A stretch of 64,000 nucleotides of DNA from contig OZ241858.1 of assembly GCA_965203035.1 (NCBI GenBank), positions 3,091,063 through 3,155,062 on the forward strand. The letters run 5' to 3'. Position numbers and translations under genes: made by a program. Position 1 is the first letter of the stretch. The number at the start of each line of letters is the position of its first letter. Of this stretch, positions 1 to 9,583 are shown in pieces. The DNA comes from Candidatus Spongiisocius sp. (lineage in GTDB: Bacteria; Actinomycetota; Acidimicrobiia; Spongiisociales; Spongiisociaceae). The notes beneath the pieces are model-generated. The model saw only the letters and a list, made by a program, of their open reading frames with translations, was not told the DNA's origin and searched no databases.

Positions 1-941
1 TGGGTTGCCTCGTCGTACCCCACCAGCCTGACGGTAACGGTCGTCGCCCCCGCGTCCACGAACTCCCGGATCAGGTCCGCACACCGCGAGGCATCACCCA
101 CCGCCACCCACCTGTCCAGGAAGGCGCGGTCGTATTCGACGCCGTAGTAGTCCTTGAGGTAGGTGGCAACCTCGTCCATGCCCCGGTCCCGGTCGTCGGT
201 GACATGGATGTTGTAGTACAGGCACGCCTCGAACCGGCTGTCCAGCGGCCGTCCCTCCTCGTCCGCGTACCGGCGGATGGCATCGAGGTTGGCGGAGAAG
301 CTGCTCGGGGTGTTGGCGGTGGTCATCCAACCGTCGCCCAGCCGGGCCACCCGCCGGAGGGCGCGCTCCGCCAGCTTCGGGAAGGCGGGGTTGGGGTTGG
401 CGGTCACCCAGATCGGCAGTGGCAGGCGGACGGGCCGGGGCAGCACTGTCACGTCCTCGAACCGGTTGTAGGTTCCCTCGTAGGAGGCGTTCTCGGTGGT
501 GGCTACGAGGCGAAGGATCTCGATCGCCTCCTCCATCCGCCGGCTCCTGGTGGCCGGATCGATTCCGAAGGCGGCGAATTCCTCCTCGAACAGGCCGCCG
601 CCCGCCTCGCGCTGGCCCTGGCACGCCACGAAGATAGACCGGCCCCCCGATATGCAGTCGAAGCTCAACCATTGGTAGGCGAGCAGCAGCGCGTCCCGGA
701 GAGGCATGCTGGCCATGCAACCGACCCCGAGGCGGACCCGGTCGGTTCGAGCCGCCAGCGCTCCGAGCGCCACAAGGGCGTCGAGGCGGGGCTTGGCGAA
801 TATCGAGTCCCCGAGCCAGACCGAGTCCCACACCTCGGCCCGATCCGCCTCCACCGCCAGGTCGAGCATCTCGGAGACGGTGGACATCCCCAGCAGCACG
901 CTCCGGTTCGACAGCGTGAGGCCGTACTTGACCCGGGTCAT
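1..941 (-). CDS. LLM-class (luciferase-like) flavin/F420-dependent oxidoreductase, 3' end cut by window edge
   Basis: Minus-strand translation from ATG 941..939 gives MTRVKYGLTLSNRSVLLGMSTVSEMLDLAVEADRAEVWDSVWLGDSIFAKPRLDALVALG..., typical of LLM TIM-barrel monooxygenases. No stop occurs before position 1, so it is absent from the ORF track. The listed ORFs 94..1131(-) and 204..1124(+) are Arg/Pro-rich shadow frames. Confidence 0.65.
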   Translation of the reverse strand, partial: MTRVKYGLTLSNRSVLLGMSTVSEMLDLAVEADRAEVWDSVWLGDSIFAKPRLDALVALGALAARTDRVRLGVGCMASMPLRDALLLAYQWLSFDCISGGRSIFVACQGQREAGGGLFEEEFAAFGIDPATRSRRMEEAIEILRLVATTENASYEGTYNRFEDVTVLPRPVRLPLPIWVTANPNPAFPKLAERALRRVARLGDGWMTTANTPSSFSANLDAIRRYADEEGRPLDSRFEACLYYNIHVTDDRDRGMDEVATYLKDYYGVEYDRAFLDRWVAVGDASRCADLIREFVDAGATTVTVRLVGYDEAT

Positions 942-1562
942 CCGGCCCTCCTCTCCAGCCAGGCAAGCTGGAGGGTACAGAAAATGTCCAATTGGCCCGA
1001 TTGCCGGCAACGAAATCCCGGTCGAGACAGCGCGGGCCAACCATCCTCGCCTTTCGGCGCCCTCCTGGTGTCCCGTGTCTTTGGTTCGCCGCGTTCTGTG
1101 ACCTGTGACCCGCCACGAACCTGAGGAACACCGCACCACCAGCGGTGCCACAAACCTGAGGATCAGGGCACCGCTGGTGACGCCCTCTGCCTCATGTTCG
1201 CCACTGACCGTCGTGGGCGGCGCGTGGCTCTGTGCCCGAACAAGGGGGGGTTGAACATGACTGTCACAGACCCGTCGCATAATGTCCGGCAGTCACAAAC
1301 ACCACCGGTCGGCTGCTTTGGACGTCCAGCGGACCGGAGTCGGGATCAATCCGGGAGCGCCCCGTTTGTGGGATAGCGGAACGCGCCCGGATCCAAGGAG
1401 GTGGTGGCTGGGGGATGGGCCCGCTGGGACGGGGCGTGTCCCGCCGTTTTTCGCGTTCTCGTCTCGGGTGTGGATAGCGAGCTACCGAATCAGGGCACCA
1501 GCAAGGCTTGCTCGTCACCCGATGTCCCGACCTGCTGTCACTCTCCGTTTCTAGATTGTTAG

Positions 1563-1576
1563 CGAACATATGTTCG
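1563..1576. promoter_or_regulatory. LexA (SOS) box, Cheo type, perfect palindrome CGAACATATGTTCG
   Basis: Exact match to the Gram-positive/actinobacterial LexA operator CGAAC-N4-GTTCG. It lies 69 nt upstream of the imuA' start. An identical 14-mer recurs upstream of lexA at 46338. Confidence 0.75.
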
Positions 1577-1644
1577 GGTATAGTCAACCGCCCTTTCCCG
1601 GACGGAGAACGCGAGAAAGGGCCGGGAGTCAGGAAGCGGGGAAC

Positions 1645-2289
1645 ATGGCCGCAACCATCTTGACGGCAGCGCCCGATGGGTCGCCGGCGCCTGCGGATGC
1701 CACCAGCCTGCCGGTGTATCCGGGACGGGTGATCGGTCTGGAAGGCTCCACAGGATCGGGACTGACCCGGATCGGCCTTTCCATGCTGTCGGCGATCCCG
1801 GCGTCCTGCCGGGTGGTGGTGGACGTCCGGGGATGGCTATGCCCGCTGGCGGCATGGGAGGTCGGCATCGACCCCGACCATCTGACTGTGGTGCGGTGCG
1901 GCGACGCCAGCCAATGGCCCAGGGTGCTGGCCGTCCTGCTCGACGGGGTGAAAGCGATCTACGCCGAGGTCCCCCGAGGCGTCGGGGAAGCCCTGCTGCG
2001 GCGCCTCGTCGCCAAGGCCCGTGCCCGTAACGCCACCGTGATCCTGCGTCCCCTGGCGGGCAGGGTCCCCTCCGGAATGGCTTTTCTACGGCTGCGGTCG
2101 GTCCGGGTCGAGTGGGAGGGCGGCCGGGAGGGACACGGCAGTCTGGGCAGGCGCACCCTGGTGGTCGAACTGTCCGGCAAGGGGGCTGCGGGCCGGTATC
2201 AAGTAGTGGAGATGGAGGACGATGGCGCGCGTCCTGTGCGTGTGGTTTCCCGATTGGTTACTTCGCAGGTCGGACGCTCCGTCGGATAG
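1645..2289 (+). CDS. imuA': ImuA' (inactive RecA-like SOS mutasome accessory protein)
   Basis: AGGAAG RBS before ATG 1645. The protein is 215 aa with a degenerate Walker-A GSTGSGLT (Lys replaced). It sits directly after a LexA box and directly upstream of imuB-dnaE2. The longer track ORF from 1570 starts inside the LexA box. Confidence 0.6.
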   Translation: MAATILTAAPDGSPAPADATSLPVYPGRVIGLEGSTGSGLTRIGLSMLSAIPASCRVVVDVRGWLCPLAAWEVGIDPDHLTVVRCGDASQWPRVLAVLLDGVKAIYAEVPRGVGEALLRRLVAKARARNATVILRPLAGRVPSGMAFLRLRSVRVEWEGGREGHGSLGRRTLVVELSGKGAAGRYQVVEMEDDGARPVRVVSRLVTSQVGRSVG

Positions 2290-3688
2290 GGCGGCCTTCG
2301 TTGTGGGGGGCCGGGACGGCCGTCCCTTGGTGGCTGCCGCCAACGATCGGGCGATGGAAGCGGGAGTCGAGGCCGGCATGACCCGCCGATCAGCCGAGGC
2401 CCTATGCCCCTCGGCCCTGGTCCTGGCGCGCGACCCCGCCGCCGAAACCATCCGTTTCGAGCCGATCCTCAACGCTATCGAGAATCTGATACCCCGGGTG
2501 GAGGTGGTCAAGCCGGGCTGGGTGTTCGTTCCCACCGACGGGGCGGTCCATTATTACGGCGGCGAGCGCGCTCTGGTGGACCGGGTAGCCGCAACGTTGG
2601 AGCGCCTGGCGCCCGGAGCGCATCTAGGAGTGGCGAATGGCCCGTTCGCCGCCTACTGGGCAGCCCGCTCGGGCCGCCCGACGTTGATCGTGAAGGATGA
2701 AAAGGCCTTCCTGTCCGGCCTGGACATCTCCGCTCTGGAAACCGAAGAGCTGGTCGCTACGTTTCGCTGGCTGGGGGTGACCACCCTGGGTGAACTGGCG
2801 GCCCTGCCCCGCCATGCGGTGGCCTCCCGGTTCGGTATCCGAGGCTTGGAGGCGCATCGTCTGGCCGGCGGCGAGGATCGGAGGGTCCTGCCGCGCCGGA
2901 TCCCTGACGATCTGACCGTAGAGACCATCTTCGAAGAACCTCTGCTGCTGATCGAGCAGGCGGGATTCATGGCCCGCCGCCTGGCCGGGAGCCTCATGGC
3001 CTTGCTGGATCGGCATCGGGTCGCCCCCTACCAGGTGGAGGTGGAAGCCGAGGCCGCCGACGGGGTAGTCCGGTCACGGGTGTGGCGCAGTGCCGAACCG
3101 TTCGATACCCGGGCACTGGCGGAACGGGTGTGGTGGCAACTCCGGGCCTGGACCGAGACCGGAGGGATCACGGATGGGCTGATCCGTCTGAAGCTGTCAC
3201 CCACCGCCCTGTCCGACGAGGGCTACCAACCGGGGCTGTTCGAGCAGAGGGAAGTCCGGATCGAAACCGAACGGGCATTGGAGCGGACCCGGACCATCCT
3301 GGGTCCCGACTCTGTCCTCCGGACCCGTCCCCAGGGTGGAAGGGACCCGGCGGATCGGGTGCAGTGGGCTCGGTGGGGCGAGGATTTCGCCGAGCCGACC
3401 CGTTCTCTCGCCTCACCATGGCCCGGAAAGGTTCCGGCGCCCTCCCCCAGCCTGGTCCCATCCCCTCCCCGGCGTCTGGAGGTGGAATGGGACGCCGAGG
3501 TCCCTACCCGTGTGCGCCTCTCCACCCGATGGGAGCCGGTGCTGGCATGGGCGGGTCCTTGGCGGCGAATGGGCAAGTGGTGGGCCGAGGAGGAACCGAG
3601 CGCCCTGTACCAGATCGTCACCTCGGCCGGAGCGATGCTATGCCGCACGACCGGCGGCCGGACTTTCGTGGTGGGCGTCTATGACTGA
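2222..3688 (+). CDS. imuB: ImuB, Y-family DNA polymerase-like mutasome subunit
   Basis: 488 aa. The N-terminus MARVLCVWFPDW is typical of ImuB/DinB-like proteins. Its stop overlaps the dnaE2 start as ATGA. It overlaps the imuA' 3' end in another frame. Confidence 0.8.
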   Translation: MARVLCVWFPDWLLRRSDAPSDRAAFVVGGRDGRPLVAAANDRAMEAGVEAGMTRRSAEALCPSALVLARDPAAETIRFEPILNAIENLIPRVEVVKPGWVFVPTDGAVHYYGGERALVDRVAATLERLAPGAHLGVANGPFAAYWAARSGRPTLIVKDEKAFLSGLDISALETEELVATFRWLGVTTLGELAALPRHAVASRFGIRGLEAHRLAGGEDRRVLPRRIPDDLTVETIFEEPLLLIEQAGFMARRLAGSLMALLDRHRVAPYQVEVEAEAADGVVRSRVWRSAEPFDTRALAERVWWQLRAWTETGGITDGLIRLKLSPTALSDEGYQPGLFEQREVRIETERALERTRTILGPDSVLRTRPQGGRDPADRVQWARWGEDFAEPTRSLASPWPGKVPAPSPSLVPSPPRRLEVEWDAEVPTRVRLSTRWEPVLAWAGPWRRMGKWWAEEEPSALYQIVTSAGAMLCRTTGGRTFVVGVYD

Positions 3689-6600
3689 GCACCGCTACGC
3701 CGAGATGCATGCCCATTCCAACTTCTCGTTCCTGGACGGCGCCTCACATCCCGCAACCTTGGTGGAGCGGGCCGCCGAGCTCGGCTACGAGGCGCTGGCC
3801 GTCACCGATCACGACGGTTTCTACGGATTGGTGCGGTTCTGGCAGGCGGCCCGGCAGGCCGGCCTCCCGGCCGTGTACGGGGTGGAACTCTCGCTATGCC
3901 CCCCGGACCACATGCCCGACGGCGATGAGGAACCGGTCTCCCCCTTCGATAGAGCCGGCCGGCATGATGCCCTCCGCTGGGACGCCGGGAAGCAGGGACG
4001 GAAGCGGGCCGGGCGGAGTTACCGCACCCGGACGGGCGCCGGATTCGAGCCTGAGCACCTGGTGGTACTGGCCTCGTCGCCCGAGGGATACTCCCGGCTT
4101 GCCAACCTGGTCTCCAGAGCACAGTTGCGGGGCGCCAAGGGCCGCCCTCTCTACCGGTGGAACGACCTGGCCGAGGCAGCCGGTCGAGGAGACCTGGTGG
4201 CGCTTAGCGGGTGCTGGCAGGGAGCGGTCCCCCGCGCTGCCCGGCATGGGGACCGGGAAGCGGCTCTGAGGGAGGCTTCCCGCCTGCGGGAAGTGTTCGG
4301 GCAGCGCTTCCACATCGAGATCTGGAATCACCGTATGCCGCAGGACGACCGGCGCAACGACCTGCTGTGGGAGGTGGCCGGCAGGTTGAACCTGCCGGTG
4401 GTGGCCACCAACAACGTCCATTACGCCGACCGCCGGGACGCCGACCTGTCAGACGTCCTGGCGGCGATCGGAGGGCGGAGGCCGCTCACCGAACACAACG
4501 GCTTCCGGCCCGACACCGACGAGCGCCACCTGAAATCTCCGGCGGAGATGGCCGCCCGCTTCCGGACCTATCCGGGAGCGGTAGAACGGGCCGCCCGCCT
4601 GGGACGGGAGCTTGCCTTCGACCTGCGGCTGGTGGCGCCACGATTACCCGACTTCCCGCTTCCGGACGGCTTCGCCACCGAGATGGACTACCTGCGCAGT
4701 CTCACTTTTCGAGGGGCTCGCAAGGCTTATCCCGCCTCCGGACGGACCGGAACGATCGACTCGAAAGCGGTCGATCGGCTGGAACACGAGTTGGACGTCA
4801 TCGAGCGGCTGGGCTTCCCGGGCTACTTCCTGGTGGTGTGGGACATCGTCAACTTCGCCCGATCCGAGGACATCATGTGCCAGATCCGTGGTTCCGGAGC
4901 CGATTCGGCGGTGTGTCGATGCCTGGGCCTCACCCGGGTCGACCCTCTCCGGCTCGGGCTGCCGTTCGAACGGTTCCTTTCCGACGAGCGGAACCGGCCT
5001 CCCGACATCGACCTGGACCTCGAATCGGAACGCCGTGAGGAGGTCATCCAGTACTGCTACCGCCGGTACGGGCGGGAGCGGGCGGCCATGGTCGCCAACG
5101 TGATCACCTACCGGGCCCGGTCGGTGCTGCGGGATGTGGCCAAGACCTTCGGTTTCACCTCGGCCCAGACCGACGGCTTGACCAGGTACGTGGACACTCA
5201 CTCCCCGGCGGAGCTATCCCTCGAAGAACCCCTGCCGGCCGGGCTGACCGCCGATCTGGTCTATGACATCTGCCGACGCCTCGACGGGTTCCCCAGGCAT
5301 CTGGGCATCCATTCGGGCGGCATGGTGATCGCCGACCGGCCCCTGTGGAAGGTGGTTCCGATCGAATGGGGGCGCATGGAGGACCGCACCGTCCTGCAAT
5401 GGGACAAGGACGACTGCGCCGCCATGGGGATCGTCAAGTTCGACCTGCTGGGGCTCGGCATGCTTAGTGCTCTGCATATGGTGGTGGACACCGTCGAGGA
5501 AGCCCATGGACGGCGGATCGACCTGGCCGACCTCCCCCAGGAACCGGCCATCTACGAGATGCTCACCAACGCCGACACCGTGGGGCTTTTCCAGGTGGAG
5601 TCACGGGCGCAGATGGCGACCCTGCCCAGGCTGAAACCCGCCACCTTCTACGACCTGGCTGTGGAGGTGGCTTTGATCCGCCCCGGCCCCATCCAGGGCG
5701 CTTCCGTCCATCCCTACCTGCGCCGGCGGAACGGGAAGGAGCCGGTGCGGTACCCCCACCCGCTGGCCGAGCCGATCCTGAAGCGCACTCTGGGAGTGCC
5801 GGTGTTCCAGGAGCAGTTGATGGAACTGGCCCGGGTGTGCGCCGGTTTCGACGGAGGGCAGTCGGATCGGCTCCGAGCCGCCATGACCCACAAGCGGTCG
5901 GACGAGGCGATGGAGAAGCTGCGGGAGGAGGTTTTCGAGGGGATGCGGACCAAGGGCGTGACCGGCGGCGCCGCCGAGGAGATCTGGGAGAAGCTGCAGG
6001 GGTTCGCCTCGTTCGGTTTCCCGGAAAGCCACTCGGTGTCGTTCGCCTACATCGTCTACATGTCGGCCTGGTTGCGCTACCACTACCCCGCCGAGTTCCT
6101 GGTCGGGTTGCTCAACGCCCAGCCGATGGGTTTCTACTCACCCAACACCCTGGTGCAGGACGCCCTCCGCCACGGGGTGGTCATCCTCGGCCCGGACGTG
6201 AACCTCTCGCTGGAGGAATGCACCATCGAGCCCCATCCGAGCGACGAGGACGACTTCGTGGAGTACTACGGCATGGTCTGGCGCCGGGGAAGAGGCCCGG
6301 TGGATGACCCGATCCGAGCATCGGTGGCGGCCCGGCTGGGCCTGGCCTGCGTGCGAAACCTGGGAGAGGCCGAGGCGCGGAAGATACTGGCGGCCCGCCA
6401 GGTCGGGGGAGGATTCGCCGACCTGTCCGACTTCGCCCACCGCACCGGCTTGCCGGTGGATGCCATGGAGGGCCTGGCCGTCGCCGGAGCCTTCGGGTCG
6501 TTCGGGTTTTCCCCCCGTCAAGGTCTGTGGATGGCAGGCGCCCTGGCCGGTACCGGACCCGAACGGTTGCCGCTGGCGGCCGGCCTGGACCCGCCCCCGC

Positions 6601-7019
6601 TGGCGCCGATGAGCGACCAGGAGGCTCACCAGGCTTCGCTGTGGGCAACCGGGGTGTCGGTCCGCCATCCCATGCACTTCGCCCGCCCGGCCTTGGATCG
6701 GGCCGGATGCGTCTCGATATCCGCGGCGCTGGGCATGCGGCGGAACCGCACCCGGATCAAGGTGGGAGGAGTGGTCACCCACCGGCAGCGTCCGTCCACC
6801 TCCAGGGGTGTCATATTCTTCAATCTGGAGGACGAGACCGGCCTGATCAACGTGATAGTGCTGCCGGAGATCTGGAACCGGCGCCACAAGACCGCCCGCC
6901 GGCACCCTGGTCTGATCATCGAGGGCCGCCTTGAATACCGGGACGGGGTGACCAACCTGGTGGCCCGTGACTTCGTCCCGATAGAAACCGACCCTCTCCG
7001 TAGCCGCAACTTCCGGTGA
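3681..7019 (+). CDS. dnaE2: Error-prone DNA polymerase DnaE2 (ImuC)
   Basis: MTEHRYAEMHAHSNFSFLDGASHPATLVERAAELGYEALAVTDHDGFYG is the PHP domain of a Pol III alpha family protein. The protein is 1112 aa. The track ORF from 3336 carries a spurious Arg/Pro-rich N-terminal extension. The ATG at 3681 overlaps the imuB stop. Confidence 0.9.
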   Translation: MTEHRYAEMHAHSNFSFLDGASHPATLVERAAELGYEALAVTDHDGFYGLVRFWQAARQAGLPAVYGVELSLCPPDHMPDGDEEPVSPFDRAGRHDALRWDAGKQGRKRAGRSYRTRTGAGFEPEHLVVLASSPEGYSRLANLVSRAQLRGAKGRPLYRWNDLAEAAGRGDLVALSGCWQGAVPRAARHGDREAALREASRLREVFGQRFHIEIWNHRMPQDDRRNDLLWEVAGRLNLPVVATNNVHYADRRDADLSDVLAAIGGRRPLTEHNGFRPDTDERHLKSPAEMAARFRTYPGAVERAARLGRELAFDLRLVAPRLPDFPLPDGFATEMDYLRSLTFRGARKAYPASGRTGTIDSKAVDRLEHELDVIERLGFPGYFLVVWDIVNFARSEDIMCQIRGSGADSAVCRCLGLTRVDPLRLGLPFERFLSDERNRPPDIDLDLESERREEVIQYCYRRYGRERAAMVANVITYRARSVLRDVAKTFGFTSAQTDGLTRYVDTHSPAELSLEEPLPAGLTADLVYDICRRLDGFPRHLGIHSGGMVIADRPLWKVVPIEWGRMEDRTVLQWDKDDCAAMGIVKFDLLGLGMLSALHMVVDTVEEAHGRRIDLADLPQEPAIYEMLTNADTVGLFQVESRAQMATLPRLKPATFYDLAVEVALIRPGPIQGASVHPYLRRRNGKEPVRYPHPLAEPILKRTLGVPVFQEQLMELARVCAGFDGGQSDRLRAAMTHKRSDEAMEKLREEVFEGMRTKGVTGGAAEEIWEKLQGFASFGFPESHSVSFAYIVYMSAWLRYHYPAEFLVGLLNAQPMGFYSPNTLVQDALRHGVVILGPDVNLSLEECTIEPHPSDEDDFVEYYGMVWRRGRGPVDDPIRASVAARLGLACVRNLGEAEARKILAARQVGGGFADLSDFAHRTGLPVDAMEGLAVAGAFGSFGFSPRQGLWMAGALAGTGPERLPLAAGLDPPPLAPMSDQEAHQASLWATGVSVRHPMHFARPALDRAGCVSISAALGMRRNRTRIKVGGVVTHRQRPSTSRGVIFFNLEDETGLINVIVLPEIWNRRHKTARRHPGLIIEGRLEYRDGVTNLVARDFVPIETDPLRSRNFR

Positions 7020-7164
7020 GGCGCCCAGGGGCGGCGTCCAAAGGTCGGAGCTACAAGGATCTCTACGTGGAACTATCCTCGTCTGCTCAGCGATTACCGT
7101 AGAGTCCGCAAACACGCGGTGTGGGCAGGGAATCCCACACACGCCGATTCGCCGGAGGGCGAGC

Positions 7165-9582
7165 ATGCGAGATGAGGTCCAAGTAGCGATCGTCGGCGGC
7201 GGCGCCATGGGCGTCGGCCTTCTCTACTTCCTTGCCCACGAAGGCTGGACCGACACGATCCTGATCGAGAAGGACGAGCTCACCTCCGGGTCCACCTGGC
7301 ACGCGGCCGGGCTGATCCCCCACTTCATCGGCGACCTCAACGTCGCCAAGGTCCACCGGGACACCGCCGACCTCTACAAGGTGATCGAAGAGGAAACCGG
7401 CATGCACTCGGGCTGGCACGGGTGCGGAGCGGTGCGGTTGGCCCGGTACGACAACGAGGTCGACTGGTTCTACTACGTCAAGGGAATACTGCAGTACATC
7501 GGCGTGGAGTGCCACCTCCTCGGTCCGTCGGAGATCACCGAGGTGGCACCCCTTCTGGACGTCGAGCCGGACATCAAGCTGGGTTTATGGACACCCGGTG
7601 ACGGCTGGACCGATCCCTCCGCCGCCACCAACACCATGGCGAAGGGAGCTCGTCAACTGGGCGCGGAGATCAGCCGCAAGAACCGCGTCACCGACATGAA
7701 CCAGCTACCGGACGGGCGGTGGGAGGTCATCACCGAGAAGGGCCGGATCGTGGCCGAGCACGTGGTCAACGCGGCCGGCTCCTACGCCCCGCAACTCGGC
7801 GAGATGGTCGGCCTCGAGGTGCCCATCGAGTCGGTCATCCACCAGTACCTGGTGACGGAGCGGATCGAAGAGGTGGCCGCCCTGGAGACCGAGCACCCGG
7901 TGGTGCGCGATCCCCGAGCTTCCTGCTACTACCGCCAGGAACACGACGGGCTCATCATCGGACCCTACGAGCGGGCCGAAGCGAAGGAGTACGGGGTCGG
8001 GGGGATCGACTGGGACCTGACCTTCCATCTCACGCCGGTGGAGTTGGACCGGTTGCTTCCGTGGCTGGATTTCGCCGCCCAGCGACTCCCCTGCTTCGCC
8101 GGCGCCGGCATCAAACAGGTCGTATCGGGACCGATCACCCACACTCCCGACGCCGGCTACCTGATGGGGCCGGCGCCGGGGCTGCCCAACTACTGGTACT
8201 GCGCCGGCGCCTCGATCGGTATCACCCAAGGCCCCGGCGCCGGCAAGTACCTGGCCCAGTGGATGGTCCACGGCCAGACCGAGATAAACGTGGCCAACAT
8301 GGATCCCCGCCGGTTCGGTCCCTACGCACCCGGCCGTTACACCCATGAACGATCGATCGACGAGTTCCACGAGATGTACCAGGTGCGGATGCCCAACGAG
8401 TATCGCGACGCGGGACGCCCGATGAAGAAGACGCCCCTCTACGACATCCTGGATGCCAAGGGCGTGCAATGGCAGGAGGTGTGGGGCTGGGAACGGGCCA
8501 TGTACTTCTCCCCCGACCCGGAGGTCTACTCCTTCCGCCGCTCCTCCGCCCATGACGAGGTGGGCGCCGAGGTGAGGGCCGTCCGGGGAGGGGTCGGGAT
8601 CGCGGATCTCACCGCCTTCGCCAAGTTCGAGGTGACCGGAACCGACGCCGCCGCCCTGCTGGACCGTCTGTCGGCCAACCGGATGCCCGCCCGGGACGGT
8701 GGGATCAGGCTGGTCCACATGCTGACCACCCTGGGAGGCATCGAGTCGGAGATGACCATCACCCGGCTGGGACCGGAGCGCTTCTATCTGAACTCGGCGA
8801 TCACGGCCCAGTGGCACGACTTCGACTGGCTCACCTCCCACATCCGGGACGGCGAGCAGGTGACGGTGACCGACGTCACCGACCGGACCGGCATCCTGGC
8901 GGTGACCGGACCCCGTTCCCGGGAAGTCCTGGCCGGTCTGACCGGCGCCGATCTCTCCAACCGGAACTTCCGCTGGCTCACGGGGCAGGAGATCGAGGTG
9001 GCCGGCGCCCCCTGCATCGCCCTGCGCGTGTCCTACGTCGGCGAGTTGGGCTGGGAACTGCACATGCCCTTGGACAACATGGTGGAGGCGTACGAGGCCA
9101 TCCACAAGGCAGGGGCTCCGTATGGGATCGTCGACTTCGGCAGCCGGGCGATGAACGTGATGAGGCTGGAGAAGGCCTACAAGGCGCACGGCTCGGAGCT
9201 GACCACAGAGATCACCCCGGTCGAGGCCCGGCTCGGTCGCTTCATCGACTACGGCAAGGACTTCCAGGGCAAGGACGCCACCGCTGCCCGGCGTGACCAG
9301 GCCGAGCCGCTCAGCATGGTCCTCGTGTACGCGGAACTGGACGACGGCGACGCCGACTGCCTGGGCAACGAGCCCACCTACGACGGGGACCGCATCATGG
9401 GGATCACCACCAGCGGGGCCTGGGCGCATTCGGTGGGCCGCAGCATCCTGTTCGCCTACGTGGCCCCCGAGTTCGAAGCCACCGGATCGACCTTCGAGGT
9501 GGATGTCATGAACCGCCGCCGAACCGCCACGGTGCTGGCCGAAGCGGTGTGGGATCCTCGCAGCAAGCGGTTGCGAGCCTGA
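7165..9582 (+). CDS. Dimethylglycine/sarcosine dehydrogenase family (FAD oxidoreductase fused to GcvT-like aminomethyltransferase/folate-binding domain)
   Basis: 805 aa. The N-terminal Rossmann motif VAIVGGGAMG is a DAO-type FAD fold. The C-terminal ~350 aa is a GcvT-like domain. Confidence 0.85.
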   Translation: MRDEVQVAIVGGGAMGVGLLYFLAHEGWTDTILIEKDELTSGSTWHAAGLIPHFIGDLNVAKVHRDTADLYKVIEEETGMHSGWHGCGAVRLARYDNEVDWFYYVKGILQYIGVECHLLGPSEITEVAPLLDVEPDIKLGLWTPGDGWTDPSAATNTMAKGARQLGAEISRKNRVTDMNQLPDGRWEVITEKGRIVAEHVVNAAGSYAPQLGEMVGLEVPIESVIHQYLVTERIEEVAALETEHPVVRDPRASCYYRQEHDGLIIGPYERAEAKEYGVGGIDWDLTFHLTPVELDRLLPWLDFAAQRLPCFAGAGIKQVVSGPITHTPDAGYLMGPAPGLPNYWYCAGASIGITQGPGAGKYLAQWMVHGQTEINVANMDPRRFGPYAPGRYTHERSIDEFHEMYQVRMPNEYRDAGRPMKKTPLYDILDAKGVQWQEVWGWERAMYFSPDPEVYSFRRSSAHDEVGAEVRAVRGGVGIADLTAFAKFEVTGTDAAALLDRLSANRMPARDGGIRLVHMLTTLGGIESEMTITRLGPERFYLNSAITAQWHDFDWLTSHIRDGEQVTVTDVTDRTGILAVTGPRSREVLAGLTGADLSNRNFRWLTGQEIEVAGAPCIALRVSYVGELGWELHMPLDNMVEAYEAIHKAGAPYGIVDFGSRAMNVMRLEKAYKAHGSELTTEITPVEARLGRFIDYGKDFQGKDATAARRDQAEPLSMVLVYAELDDGDADCLGNEPTYDGDRIMGITTSGAWAHSVGRSILFAYVAPEFEATGSTFEVDVMNRRRTATVLAEAVWDPRSKRLRA

Positions 9583-9583
9583 A

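Noticed and set aside
94-1131. Long ORFs 94..1131(-) and 204..1124(+) overlapping the LLM oxidoreductase
   Set aside because: They are Arg/Pro/Gly-rich with low GC3. The third minus frame gives a clean LLM-family protein that runs off the window edge. High-GC shadow ORFs.
1240-1290. Possible LexA-independent (PafBC/RecA-NDp-like) promoter motif TGTCACAG-N8-CATAAT upstream of the mutasome
   Set aside because: Spacing and the GTG part of the consensus do not fit well, and it lies about 370 nt upstream of imuA'. I cannot support it without a genome-wide motif model.
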